DNA of 63,035 nucleotides, counting the filler, from Stramenopiles sp. TOSAG23-3 (Eukaryota), in assembly GCA_900128585.1 (NCBI GenBank). It is 10 parts of 10 records of this genome, joined end to end, with 100 filler letters (N's around TTAATTAATTAA, not from the genome) between each part and the next. Parts side by side here need not be neighbours in the genome. Positions count along the whole stretch, not along the records: positions 15,159 to 22,635 come from LT643147.1; positions 22,736 to 30,211 come from LT643148.1; 8 more parts are not named here. The stretch is one strand, 5' to 3'. Shown one piece after another: positions 21,733 through 30,048 of the stretch. The translations under genes and the position numbers were made by a program. The notes below the pieces were generated by a model that did no database searches, was not told the origin of the DNA, and saw only the letters and a list, made by a program, of their open reading frames with translations. Every line of letters starts with the position of its first letter. Positions within the stretch are counted from its first letter, which is position 1.

Positions 21733-22635
21733 TCACTGGTGCCAGCTCCCGTGCGACGAGTAATGCTGGGGACGACGCACAGCGCCGTTGCTTAACCCAT
21801 GCGACGACCGGCTCATACCTCCGTTGCTGACCACGGAGTCTTCGCTAATTGAACGGCGAAAGAGGGAGTAGCTACTACTGTTCTGGGACAGACGCATGCG
21901 TTTTACCACGTGGTGGTTCTTTTGGCTACCTTGGGCGAAATAGTCCATTGCTGTGCACTGCAGTCTCCTGCGTAATTCAGGGTCTGGAACCTCGGAGAAA
22001 TCGATCGCTGGCGGTTTTTTTCCGCCGTGTGGCTGTTCGACGCGGGGAGCGATTGCTCTGCTTGCATGCCTATAATAGTCCGTGGCCGCCGAAGTGCTGC
22101 CAACGTTGCCCGGCATGTTGCGGTGCACGTTCCGTTCCCTTTTGACGATATGGTATGGGGCGCTCGAGATAGCATGCGTCGGTGGGGCCCGGCTGCGGGC
22201 GGCATTGCTGCTGTAGGATTGCTGGAAGTGCCTTTGCTTAGAATTGAACGGTGCACTTCCTCGTATGTTGCTCGGCGGAATGTTGCTCGGCGGCAACCGG
22301 GGCACCTGGCCGAGCGGTGTCCTTCCAATGCAGCGTTGGACAGTGGGGTGAGCACGTGCACGAGGCTGCGATATTCGCGCAGAGAAGGACTGCGGGGTAT
22401 GCTCTACCCGGTGGAATCGATGGCCACCGAGCCCTCCGCTGGACGACAACGAGGTGAGGGATACGGAACTAATGGATCTTTGCATGGACTGGTGGCGGCG
22501 ACACGGTTCAACCCTAGCTACGCTGTTGGCTCTCTGCATGGGGTAGGAGGCTTGGTTGGACACGTTCAACACGTTCGGGCTGTGGCCCGCTGTGCCGCTT
22601 CTCGGGCTGTGGCCCGCTGTGCCGCTTCTCGGGCT
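21733..22635 (-). CDS. Low-complexity S/R/P-rich protein, 5'-partial
   Basis: Frame is open to the contig edge through an in-frame 27-bp repeat encoding SPRSGTAGH. Confidence 0.55.
   Translation of the reverse strand, partial: SPRSGTAGHSPRSGTAGHSPNVLNVSNQASYPMQRANSVARVEPCRRHQSMQRSISSVSLTSLSSSGGLGGHRFHRVEHTPQSFSARISQPRARAHPTVQRCIGRTPLGQVPRLPPSNIPPSNIRGSAPFNSKQRHFQQSYSSNAARSRAPPTHAISSAPYHIVKRERNVHRNMPGNVGSTSAATDYYRHASRAIAPRVEQPHGGKKPPAIDFSEVPDPELRRRLQCTAMDYFAQGSQKNHHVVKRMRLSQNSSSYSLFRRSISEDSVVSNGGMSRSSHGLSNGAVRRPQHYSSHGSWHQ
22576..22635. repeat. 27-bp coding tandem repeat at a contig break
   Basis: CGGGCTGTGGCCCGCTGTGCCGCTTCT, 2+ copies; the contig ends inside the repeat. Confidence 0.9.
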
Positions 22636-22735
22636 NNNNNNNNNNNNNNNNNNNNNNNNNNNNNNNNNNNNNNNNNNNNTTAATTAATTAANNNNNNNNN
22701 NNNNNNNNNNNNNNNNNNNNNNNNNNNNNNNNNNN
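22636..22735. other. Artificial contig linker
   Basis: N44-TTAATTAATTAA-N44. Confidence 0.98.
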
Positions 22736-22736
22736 A

Positions 22737-24038
22737 TTTATAGCACAGGCCGGTCAAGACAAGTATGTTGATTCCAAGTTTTCAGACAAAAAAGTAAACA
22801 CGGGAACATTCGTAGAATTTGGCGGGCTAAAGGGAGACGAATATAGCAACACTTTTTACTTTGAAAAAGCTTACAATTGGCGTGGAATAATGATAGAAGC
22901 CGAGAAAAAATATATCCCCCACTTAAAACAAGTTCGTGACGCGACCATTTACAACAATGCTGTTTGCCCATCGGGCATGAAAGAGGTTAAATTTGCATCG
23001 TCTAAGATTATGGGATGGAGTGGTATTGCCGACCATGTGGACGATCCAAGATGGACCAATAAAATCGATAAAATTGTAACCGTTCAGTGTGTCGATTTAA
23101 ACAATGTTTTGAAAGAGCAAAACATGTTTCATGTAGATTATATGACCGTAGACACAGAAGGTTCGGAGCTCGCCATCTTAAAAACTTTCGATTTTGATAC
23201 CTTTGATGTGACATTTGTACAGGTAGAACGTAATGTAAAGACAAAAGCACAACGTGATGAAAAAGACAGGCTTATACGGTTTATGAAAAGTAAAGGATAT
23301 GGACTAGAAAAGGTATTTAACATTGGAAACCAAGCAGTCGATGTTTTGTTTCGAAAAATTCCGAAATGGGTAGAGTTGTGGGGAAAGAAAGACAAGAACA
23401 AGTACGATACGGTTGCGAACATCATGAGAGAGTTGAACAGTGTTAACATTGACAGCTTTTTAATGGCTGGTTCAGCTTTAGGAGCGTACCGTAACCATGG
23501 TTGGTACCATTGGGACAAAGACGCGGATATCCTGCTCATGAGCATCGACTTGAAAAAAATTGAAGCAGCACTGAAGCGTCTAAAATTGAAACATAGCTAT
23601 ACTTCGTTTGGGTACCATGTCCACATCCCCGGAGTTACCACAGCAAAGCCGTACATTGATCTGTGGTTGTTTCAAGAGAAGAATAACAAAGTCAAATGTG
23701 TCGGGGCAGTGGGAACGAAGGAAAACTGCAACGACTTTTGCAGGGTAGTAGACAGAAGAGTTTGCAGTCCAATGCCAAAAAAATGGCTATACCCACCGCA
23801 ATGGGTGCCCTATGGACCATATCTTCTTCCGACGATACGCCAAGAATACGTGGATTGGAAGTATGGATCCAAGTGGATGACCCATTGTGGTAAAAAACCA
23901 TGCACCGCTTACTTTAAGACACAACAGTTCGTCTTCTTTGATGGTAATAAGGAAACTGTGAAGAAAAACAGCAAGGTTTTGCATACCTGTACAAAAATGA
24001 ATGGGAAGTACACGTGTATAAATAAAAGAGATAAATAA
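22737..24038 (+). CDS. FkbM-family methyltransferase fused to a LicD-family phosphotransferase, 5'-partial
   Basis: Frame open from the contig edge: AQAGQDKYV...GTFVEFGGLKGDEYSNTFYFEKAYNWRGIMIEAE and VDYMTVDTEGSELAIL (FkbM). Then AGSALGAYRNHGWYHWDKDADI, YIDLW and YVDWKYGSKW (LicD). Confidence 0.85.
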   Translation, partial: FIAQAGQDKYVDSKFSDKKVNTGTFVEFGGLKGDEYSNTFYFEKAYNWRGIMIEAEKKYIPHLKQVRDATIYNNAVCPSGMKEVKFASSKIMGWSGIADHVDDPRWTNKIDKIVTVQCVDLNNVLKEQNMFHVDYMTVDTEGSELAILKTFDFDTFDVTFVQVERNVKTKAQRDEKDRLIRFMKSKGYGLEKVFNIGNQAVDVLFRKIPKWVELWGKKDKNKYDTVANIMRELNSVNIDSFLMAGSALGAYRNHGWYHWDKDADILLMSIDLKKIEAALKRLKLKHSYTSFGYHVHIPGVTTAKPYIDLWLFQEKNNKVKCVGAVGTKENCNDFCRVVDRRVCSPMPKKWLYPPQWVPYGPYLLPTIRQEYVDWKYGSKWMTHCGKKPCTAYFKTQQFVFFDGNKETVKKNSKVLHTCTKMNGKYTCINKRDK

Positions 24039-24042
24039 TAAA

Positions 24043-24525
24043 ATGTATACCATTACCAGAACTATTATCCTCTTGTTTTCAGTATCAGTATGGCACGATT
24101 GTCGTCTCTACCATTGGTCTTTCTTTCTTGTAACCTTTTTACACTTTTTAGTCACTTTGGGACTGTTCTTTTATTATGAGAGGGTCCTATCCTATGTGTA
24201 TCCTCTGGTAACAACAGTGTTTGGGGCATTCATAATAATGTCTATCAAACCGTCCGAATGGCTATTTTCGTTCAAATGGACCGACTGTAGCGAAATGTAT
24301 GACAATAGCAATGTTATTGGACGAATATCAATGTTTAGTTATGCATTGTTGATGGCAAGTGCGTTGGAAATATTGGAACTGTCAACGGAAGAAAAACTTC
24401 TAGCATTTCCACCAAGAAGAAAATTGACGTTTAGTTGGAAACTATTTTGGATGCTAGTTGGGTTGGCTGTAATCATGTTCGCGATATGTGCCATTATGGT
24501 GGCTATTGCGGGGGGGTTTACTTGA
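24043..24525 (+). CDS. Small multi-pass membrane protein of unknown function (putative viral)
   Basis: 160 aa with about 5 hydrophobic segments; TATAAATA 18 nt upstream of the ATG. Confidence 0.65.
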   Translation: MYTITRTIILLFSVSVWHDCRLYHWSFFLVTFLHFLVTLGLFFYYERVLSYVYPLVTTVFGAFIIMSIKPSEWLFSFKWTDCSEMYDNSNVIGRISMFSYALLMASALEILELSTEEKLLAFPPRRKLTFSWKLFWMLVGLAVIMFAICAIMVAIAGGFT

Positions 24526-24946
24526 TTTTATTGATCGTAAATGTGTACCCATCGAACGACTTTTTCCACAGACATTTTAACGGCGGTATGTCTATAGGCA
24601 GACCATTTGGTACAGTTGTATGCACGTAGGTTAAGACGAGAATATCGCCAGATTTCCATAGTTGCGAACACAGTTGACTACCACCAATTATCCACGCATA
24701 TTTGTAATCTTTTATTTTATTAATATTAACTATGGTTTCTACACCCGGTACCTTTCTTCTTGATACAACTATATTTCTTCTGTTTGGAAGTGGTTTCTTT
24801 AAGGTATCCCAAGTTTTACGTCCCATTATGATTGTTTCGCCAAATGTATTCATTTTAAACCATTGGAAATCGTGCGATATCCTCCATGGTAATTTATTAC
24901 CTAAAGCGATTTTGTTATCGTCCGATACAGCTAGAATAAAACGCAT
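24518..24946 (-). CDS. dhfr: Dihydrofolate reductase (compact, stand-alone)
   Basis: IALGNKLPWRISHDFQWFK, IIMGRKTWDTL, PLPNRRNIVVSR, WIIGG and LTYVH. Confidence 0.92.
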   Translation of the reverse strand: MRFILAVSDDNKIALGNKLPWRISHDFQWFKMNTFGETIIMGRKTWDTLKKPLPNRRNIVVSRRKVPGVETIVNINKIKDYKYAWIIGGSQLCSQLWKSGDILVLTYVHTTVPNGLPIDIPPLKCLWKKSFDGYTFTINKIK

Positions 24947-24965
24947 TTAATAACTTCTTTTGCAG

Positions 24966-24973
24966 TATAAATA
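24966..24973. promoter_or_regulatory. TATA-like box between divergent DHFR and SNF2 genes
   Basis: TATAAATA, 19 nt from the DHFR ATG and 28 nt from the SNF2 ATG. Related boxes at 24017, 29040 and 30067. Confidence 0.55.
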
Positions 24974-25001
24974 GTCACAGATGGATAATTAATAATAATT
25001 A

Positions 25002-27929
25002 ATGCCAAGAAAGCCATTATTTAATACAAAATTTAAAGTGGGAACCCAAGTTATTTGGAATTCGACAGAATATTTCGTATCGGACATTAACCCAAATCAA
25101 CGGTTTGGACTCAAACTAAAACGTAGATTTCAACCATATCGTCACGCCACAACAGGTGTGCGTCCATGTAACGTTGAGAGAAACACAGAAGGCTTTCGGA
25201 GGAATTTACAGGTGGGAACGTGGCTGCTGTATGATGCGGACACCTTCAGTATACCAGCGATTGTAGTGAAACGTGAGATGGACACAATTGACCTACAACC
25301 ATTGCATGTACGCCACATTATTACCATATCTATATTTTCAAATCGAATAACAAAAACAGACCAAACCTTTCCAAATTATCAATTGCGCTGTTGCTGTTTG
25401 TCTAACAAATACATTCAAGCTCTGGCAAGCTACAGAGGGAGTTCGGGATATGTATTTGATTACGAGGGTATTGCCGAGAGGTACATGTTTATTCGACGTA
25501 ACGACATGACCTGTTTTTGGGTGAAAGAAAATGAACTGACGATACAGGCATTGAACCCAGATCCGTTCTGTGACAATTGGGCTACAGTTGGAGTAATGGA
25601 GATACCATTTCAAGACCTCTTTGTGGAATTAAAATCATCGTACTCAGCAAAATGTTTACCAGATCCGAATTCATTAAGACTCGATCTATGGTTCTTTTTG
25701 CACCAGTCCAACACGAGATGTCTTCGATCCAGTAACAAGGACATAGATGTTCTGGTGGACTTACTATGGCTTGAATTCCATTGGGCGTACTGGAAGAGAG
25801 AATTTAAGCCATGGTTCCTCGAATACGATTATGAATTGTACCAACATCAATCCGACACAAAATTGTTGAATTCCATCTCGGACGACTGCCTACCTTACAT
25901 AGCCGATAGATTGAATCGATCAATTCACGAAAGAAGAAGAGCCTTACGAGTAGAGAATTACATTACGGGCAAAAAGCTATTTAAAACATCCCTGTCTTAC
26001 CACGACAACAATCTCCGGGTGGTTATTCGTATTCCAGAGCATCCAACCCATCGCACTGTCAATCATTCTGGTTCATTCATATACGACTATGTGTGTAGAA
26101 TAATGACCCATTTGTCGGACATCCCCACAATTCTCAAGTCTCCAACTGGGACAATAGAAGTTCCCATGAAACTACCATTGAAAGACTTTCAAAAAGAAAT
26201 TGTTTTTGATATGTTTCAAAGAGAGAAGAACCCACGATATGTATTCGATATAAAAACAAAGATGGGTATGTCCTTCAACATTATAAGTGGCTTTGAGCAA
26301 CAAAAAAAATTCTACGGTGGTATTTTAGCCATCCGAACCGGCTATGGAAAAACCATTTGTACACTGGCGTTAATAGTAGGAAAACGCGTTCAACGCACTT
26401 TAGTTGTCGTACCATTGTCGCTCATGGACCAATGGATATCGGAAATAAAGAAGTTTACCTCCCTGACCGTCTCGGAGCTTTACAACTCAAAACGATATGT
26501 AACAGATAGCGACATTACCGTCACTACTTATGGAACATTGGCATCCATATACAGGGAGTCAGAGTACCATGATGTATTTATTCAATTTGACCGCGTTATT
26601 TTTGATGAGTCGCATACCATCAAAACATTTCATTGTAGTATTGCTAACGCATGCAAAGCTGTTGATGCCAAATACAAATGGTGTCTTACCGCAACTCCAT
26701 ATCGTAGGGGGATGGTCAAAAACCTAGCGACACAAATTAAAATGCTCGGAATAAAACCATTTCATACGAAGAGGTCACCATTTCATTTTGTGAACACGAA
26801 CTACACGGATCTTCCACGAACACGATATGTATTGGATGCTCTGAAAGACCTCGTTTTACAACCAACATTAGAAGTAGAGATACCACAACCGAAAGAGGTG
26901 CATAAGACGTTTGAATTGGATCAACACGAAAGAAAATTGTATGATGTACTCTACCAGAAAATAAAAGAAAAAATTGAAGAACTTTACCAATCCGAAACTC
27001 AAAACTACATGGTAATAAAGTCATTGATTAACAAGCTTTGTATATGCGCGAACGACCCATATCTATTGCCCTTATGGGAATATGGCGATCCATGTGACTC
27101 CGGAACTGTTGCGGTTGATGAATTGCAAAGCAGATTAAATACCACAACGTATCAAAAAGAAGTAAAGGAATCACTGAACAAGTTATCCGAAACTTCTTGT
27201 ACATTGTGTTTTGAAACAATAGAAAGACCTACTATTACACCGTGTCTCCATATGTTTTGCCGCGGTTGTATACATCGAGCATTGGAATACAGTTCAAAAT
27301 GCCCCGTATGTAGATCGACCATCGCGACAGACACCTTGGAAGAAATTACACCGAAATCGGAAGAGACGCTTGAAGATGGCAACATAATAGTATACGACTC
27401 GGTAGGAGGGAAACGAAAAGTGTCGGGAGACATTGCATCGGTGTACGACAGGAAGGGAGAGAGCAAACGTGTTCAATACTTGAAACAACTTCTTGAAAAG
27501 CGTAACAAAGTTGTTGTTTTCTCTCAATTTAATACGGTATTGAAATTCTATTCTTCCCTTTTCTCTTCATGTATAATCACAGGGAGAAGTACAAGAGCAC
27601 AAAGGAAAAAAAATTTGGAACGATTCAAAAGTGGGGAGTGTAAACTGTTCTTTTTGTCTACAAATGTTGCTAATGTGGGCTTAAATTTGGAAGAAGGAGA
27701 TACTTTAGTGTTTATTGACCCCGGGTTAGATGAAGCGAGAGAAGAACAGGCCATTGGACGATTGCTTAGGATAAACCAACGTAACAATATAGAGATACAT
27801 CGACTGGTTACATCGGATACAATTGCAGACAATGTAAAGAAGTGGAGAAGTCGGTACAACTTTCAGCAAGGAACACATACTGAAAAGAAAACAAGCTTTT
27901 TAACTTATGCATATAGATTAGTACATTAA
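25002..27929 (+). CDS. SNF2-family helicase with inserted C3HC4 RING finger (RAD5/HLTF-like architecture)
   Basis: GGILAIRTGYGKT, TLVVVPLSLMDQW, DESH, KWCLTATP; RING CTLC...PCLHMFCRGC...CPVCR; VVVFSQF, GLNL and QAIGRLLRINQ. Confidence 0.92.
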   Translation: MPRKPLFNTKFKVGTQVIWNSTEYFVSDINPNQRFGLKLKRRFQPYRHATTGVRPCNVERNTEGFRRNLQVGTWLLYDADTFSIPAIVVKREMDTIDLQPLHVRHIITISIFSNRITKTDQTFPNYQLRCCCLSNKYIQALASYRGSSGYVFDYEGIAERYMFIRRNDMTCFWVKENELTIQALNPDPFCDNWATVGVMEIPFQDLFVELKSSYSAKCLPDPNSLRLDLWFFLHQSNTRCLRSSNKDIDVLVDLLWLEFHWAYWKREFKPWFLEYDYELYQHQSDTKLLNSISDDCLPYIADRLNRSIHERRRALRVENYITGKKLFKTSLSYHDNNLRVVIRIPEHPTHRTVNHSGSFIYDYVCRIMTHLSDIPTILKSPTGTIEVPMKLPLKDFQKEIVFDMFQREKNPRYVFDIKTKMGMSFNIISGFEQQKKFYGGILAIRTGYGKTICTLALIVGKRVQRTLVVVPLSLMDQWISEIKKFTSLTVSELYNSKRYVTDSDITVTTYGTLASIYRESEYHDVFIQFDRVIFDESHTIKTFHCSIANACKAVDAKYKWCLTATPYRRGMVKNLATQIKMLGIKPFHTKRSPFHFVNTNYTDLPRTRYVLDALKDLVLQPTLEVEIPQPKEVHKTFELDQHERKLYDVLYQKIKEKIEELYQSETQNYMVIKSLINKLCICANDPYLLPLWEYGDPCDSGTVAVDELQSRLNTTTYQKEVKESLNKLSETSCTLCFETIERPTITPCLHMFCRGCIHRALEYSSKCPVCRSTIATDTLEEITPKSEETLEDGNIIVYDSVGGKRKVSGDIASVYDRKGESKRVQYLKQLLEKRNKVVVFSQFNTVLKFYSSLFSSCIITGRSTRAQRKKNLERFKSGECKLFFLSTNVANVGLNLEEGDTLVFIDPGLDEAREEQAIGRLLRINQRNNIEIHRLVTSDTIADNVKKWRSRYNFQQGTHTEKKTSFLTYAYRLVH

Positions 27930-29020
27930 TGAAATATTTTTCGTTTCTTTATCGCTCTTATTCCATTGAGCTTTAAATATTCCTCAAAACTTCCGTCAAA
28001 TTTTTCCCATTCAGATGTCTTTAGTTTTAAACGTAACACATCATTCACGAACCTTGCAATTATCTTTAACGGTAGCTTCCTCGTATTTAAGACATACTTC
28101 AGCATTTTCGATGGTCGCGTTTTAAACAACATACATGATATGGCCATAGCACTGTACATATTTTCCATTGTACATACTGTTTGGTCGAACAACATCAGCC
28201 CATGTGATAAACAACGGTGCTCTTCAGGAAATCTACTGTAAAATTCCATGAAAAACCCCTGTCGTTGATCTGTGAATGGTACGTCTGTTTTTATCTCTGA
28301 CGGTGTAATCTTATAGTTGCATTTTGTCTTTAACTCTTGTAGTGCACGCGTGGTATCCCATCTTTCCGTTGAATTTTCTTTTAACAGACCTTTGATAAGC
28401 TTGTCTAATGTGGTATCCTCTGGCAAGTGTGCAACACATTTGCGAATTTCTGGTAATGTTTTGCCCGGTACGTCACCATACAACATTTGGTGTAAGATAC
28501 ATCCAACCGACCACATGTCTACTTTCTCCGTATACCGCTGTTTCATCCAAATCTCCGGGGCACGGTACCACCTTGTCACCATGTAGCCAGTAGCTTCACC
28601 GTAATCGTTTGCATACTGGCGGGAAAGACCAAAGTCACAGAGCAAGATCTTTCCATTTTTAATCAGCACGTTGTCTGGCTTTAGATCCCTATGCATGACA
28701 TTGTTCTTGTGCATTGCAGACAGACCCAGTAGCATTTGTTTACCATACATCATTATTTTTTTGTACGACAACCCTTTCATTTGTTTTCGCAAGGTAGACT
28801 CTGCCAAAGTCAACTCTACATGCATACAGTTCCATTTGTAGTAAAAACTATGAATAGGAACACAGTAGGGAAGACGCATCTGCAAAACATGATATTCCCG
28901 AACCACAGATATTAAGTCTTGTTGACCTTTTATTTCGGTAATCTTCAACGCATTATTATTGTGGCGGTATACTTTTGCATACACGCCCTCTCCCAGCAAT
29001 TTGGACTGTGTAGAACTCAT
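27926..29020 (-). CDS. CMGC (MAPK/CDK-like) Ser/Thr kinase with a putative cyclin-like C-terminal domain
   Basis: LGEGVYAKVY, ALK, HRDLKPDN, DFGLSR, TGYMVTRWYRAPE and DMWSVGC; KKRK at the C-terminus. Confidence 0.9.
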   Translation of the reverse strand: MSSTQSKLLGEGVYAKVYRHNNNALKITEIKGQQDLISVVREYHVLQMRLPYCVPIHSFYYKWNCMHVELTLAESTLRKQMKGLSYKKIMMYGKQMLLGLSAMHKNNVMHRDLKPDNVLIKNGKILLCDFGLSRQYANDYGEATGYMVTRWYRAPEIWMKQRYTEKVDMWSVGCILHQMLYGDVPGKTLPEIRKCVAHLPEDTTLDKLIKGLLKENSTERWDTTRALQELKTKCNYKITPSEIKTDVPFTDQRQGFFMEFYSRFPEEHRCLSHGLMLFDQTVCTMENMYSAMAISCMLFKTRPSKMLKYVLNTRKLPLKIIARFVNDVLRLKLKTSEWEKFDGSFEEYLKLNGIRAIKKRKIFH

Positions 29021-29568
29021 TTTGAGGTACTTTCATTTATATATATACTCATAATCTTCGGCCATTCCACTTCATTTAAAGTAGCAGCTATTTCTTCTTC
29101 GTATATGGTCGGTGTAGTCACTATGTAGGTAGACATTTTACGCAAATCACTAGCAGTGGTACTTGCAAGTATGTTTAACTGTCTAGGAACACTTTTGTGA
29201 AGTTCTATTAAAGTTAAGGCCTTTTCGTGCGTGATATTAAAAAATTCAATTATTTTTGTAGTATCAATAACCATCGCTTCGGTAACATTCATATGCTGCT
29301 TGTTCCATTTAAAAAATACCGTAATGGTATTACATGTACCCGTACCAAGCACAATCTCAGCGTATCGAATAAGATCGAAATGCATCCCACCTTGACCCTT
29401 CTTCAATTCTATGTAGCTGGTACCGTCGAACGCATCGTAATATCGATTATCGATTGCTTTCCAGTCCAGTACACTACAAAAATGTTTCTCGTAAGCATTT
29501 TTAGGAATAACAAATTCTCCATACAACTTACTAAAGTTATTTTGTATTTTATCTTTTATTTGCAACAT
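29017..29568 (-). CDS. Putative PD-(D/E)XK nuclease-like protein
   Basis: YEKHFC...RYYDAFDGTSYIELKKG gives an E...D...ExK pattern. Likely start at 29568; the track's 29637 start overlaps the neighbouring gene. Confidence 0.45.
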   Translation of the reverse strand: MLQIKDKIQNNFSKLYGEFVIPKNAYEKHFCSVLDWKAIDNRYYDAFDGTSYIELKKGQGGMHFDLIRYAEIVLGTGTCNTITVFFKWNKQHMNVTEAMVIDTTKIIEFFNITHEKALTLIELHKSVPRQLNILASTTASDLRKMSTYIVTTPTIYEEEIAATLNEVEWPKIMSIYINESTSK

Positions 29569-29585
29569 TTTACCTAAAATCACTG

Positions 29586-29906
29586 ATGTCGAAAGAATAC
29601 TTTCCCCTTGGGGGCCACATGCACGATTTTCTTCCATGGAATATGGACGAATTGGAAAACTGGAAAGACAACGCTCTTCTTAAAATCTGGTGGAACATGA
29701 AAATTCAGGATCAAGGAGCAAGCGCTCTATTCATCAAAGGACCTACTTCGTATTCGGCATACCACAGAGATGCGGATCTTCTTCATCGACTGTGTGATGT
29801 AGATTACACTGGTGGATACGTAGCACACTGCGAATTCCCAATAGATAGACTCGAGGAATTTTCGGGACAAATCAAGGCGGCTGGCTACTCAGTACGGACT
29901 CTTTAG
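29586..29906 (+). CDS. Stand-alone MutS domain I (MSH6-type mismatch-recognition domain), degenerate
   Basis: WWNMK...ALFIKGPTSYSAYHRDADLL...YTGGYVAHCEFP...FSGQIKAAGYSV aligns by eye with MSH6 WWQIK...YKVGKFYELYHMDA.IG...FMKG..AHSGFP...YSDSLVQKGYKV. Confidence 0.7.
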   Translation: MSKEYFPLGGHMHDFLPWNMDELENWKDNALLKIWWNMKIQDQGASALFIKGPTSYSAYHRDADLLHRLCDVDYTGGYVAHCEFPIDRLEEFSGQIKAAGYSVRTL

Positions 29907-30048
29907 GCTTTTCCCATGTCTCGCCAGACGCCAATTGATCTTGCCACCAAGTTTCTTTCTCTTCTGCTTCGGCATGCTCATGCGGCAACACATTTTTTCG
30001 TTTTGTCCAAATCTTAGGGTTTTTAATAGAAAAGAATCTACGCAACAT
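29872..30048 (-). CDS. 58-aa micro-protein with a WW-like motif and presequence-like N-terminus
   Basis: Below the track cut-off. My translation: MLRRFFSIKNPKIWTKRKNVLPHEHAEAEEKETWWQDQLASGETWEKPKESVLSSQPP*. TATAAATA lies 18 nt upstream on the same strand. Confidence 0.55.
   Translation of the reverse strand: MLRRFFSIKNPKIWTKRKNVLPHEHAEAEEKETWWQDQLASGETWEKPKESVLSSQPP

Noticed and set aside
24518-24946. Bacterial trimethoprim-resistance dfr cassette
   Set aside because: No attC, integron or Shine-Dalgarno context; the neighbours are eukaryote-type kinase and RING helicase genes.
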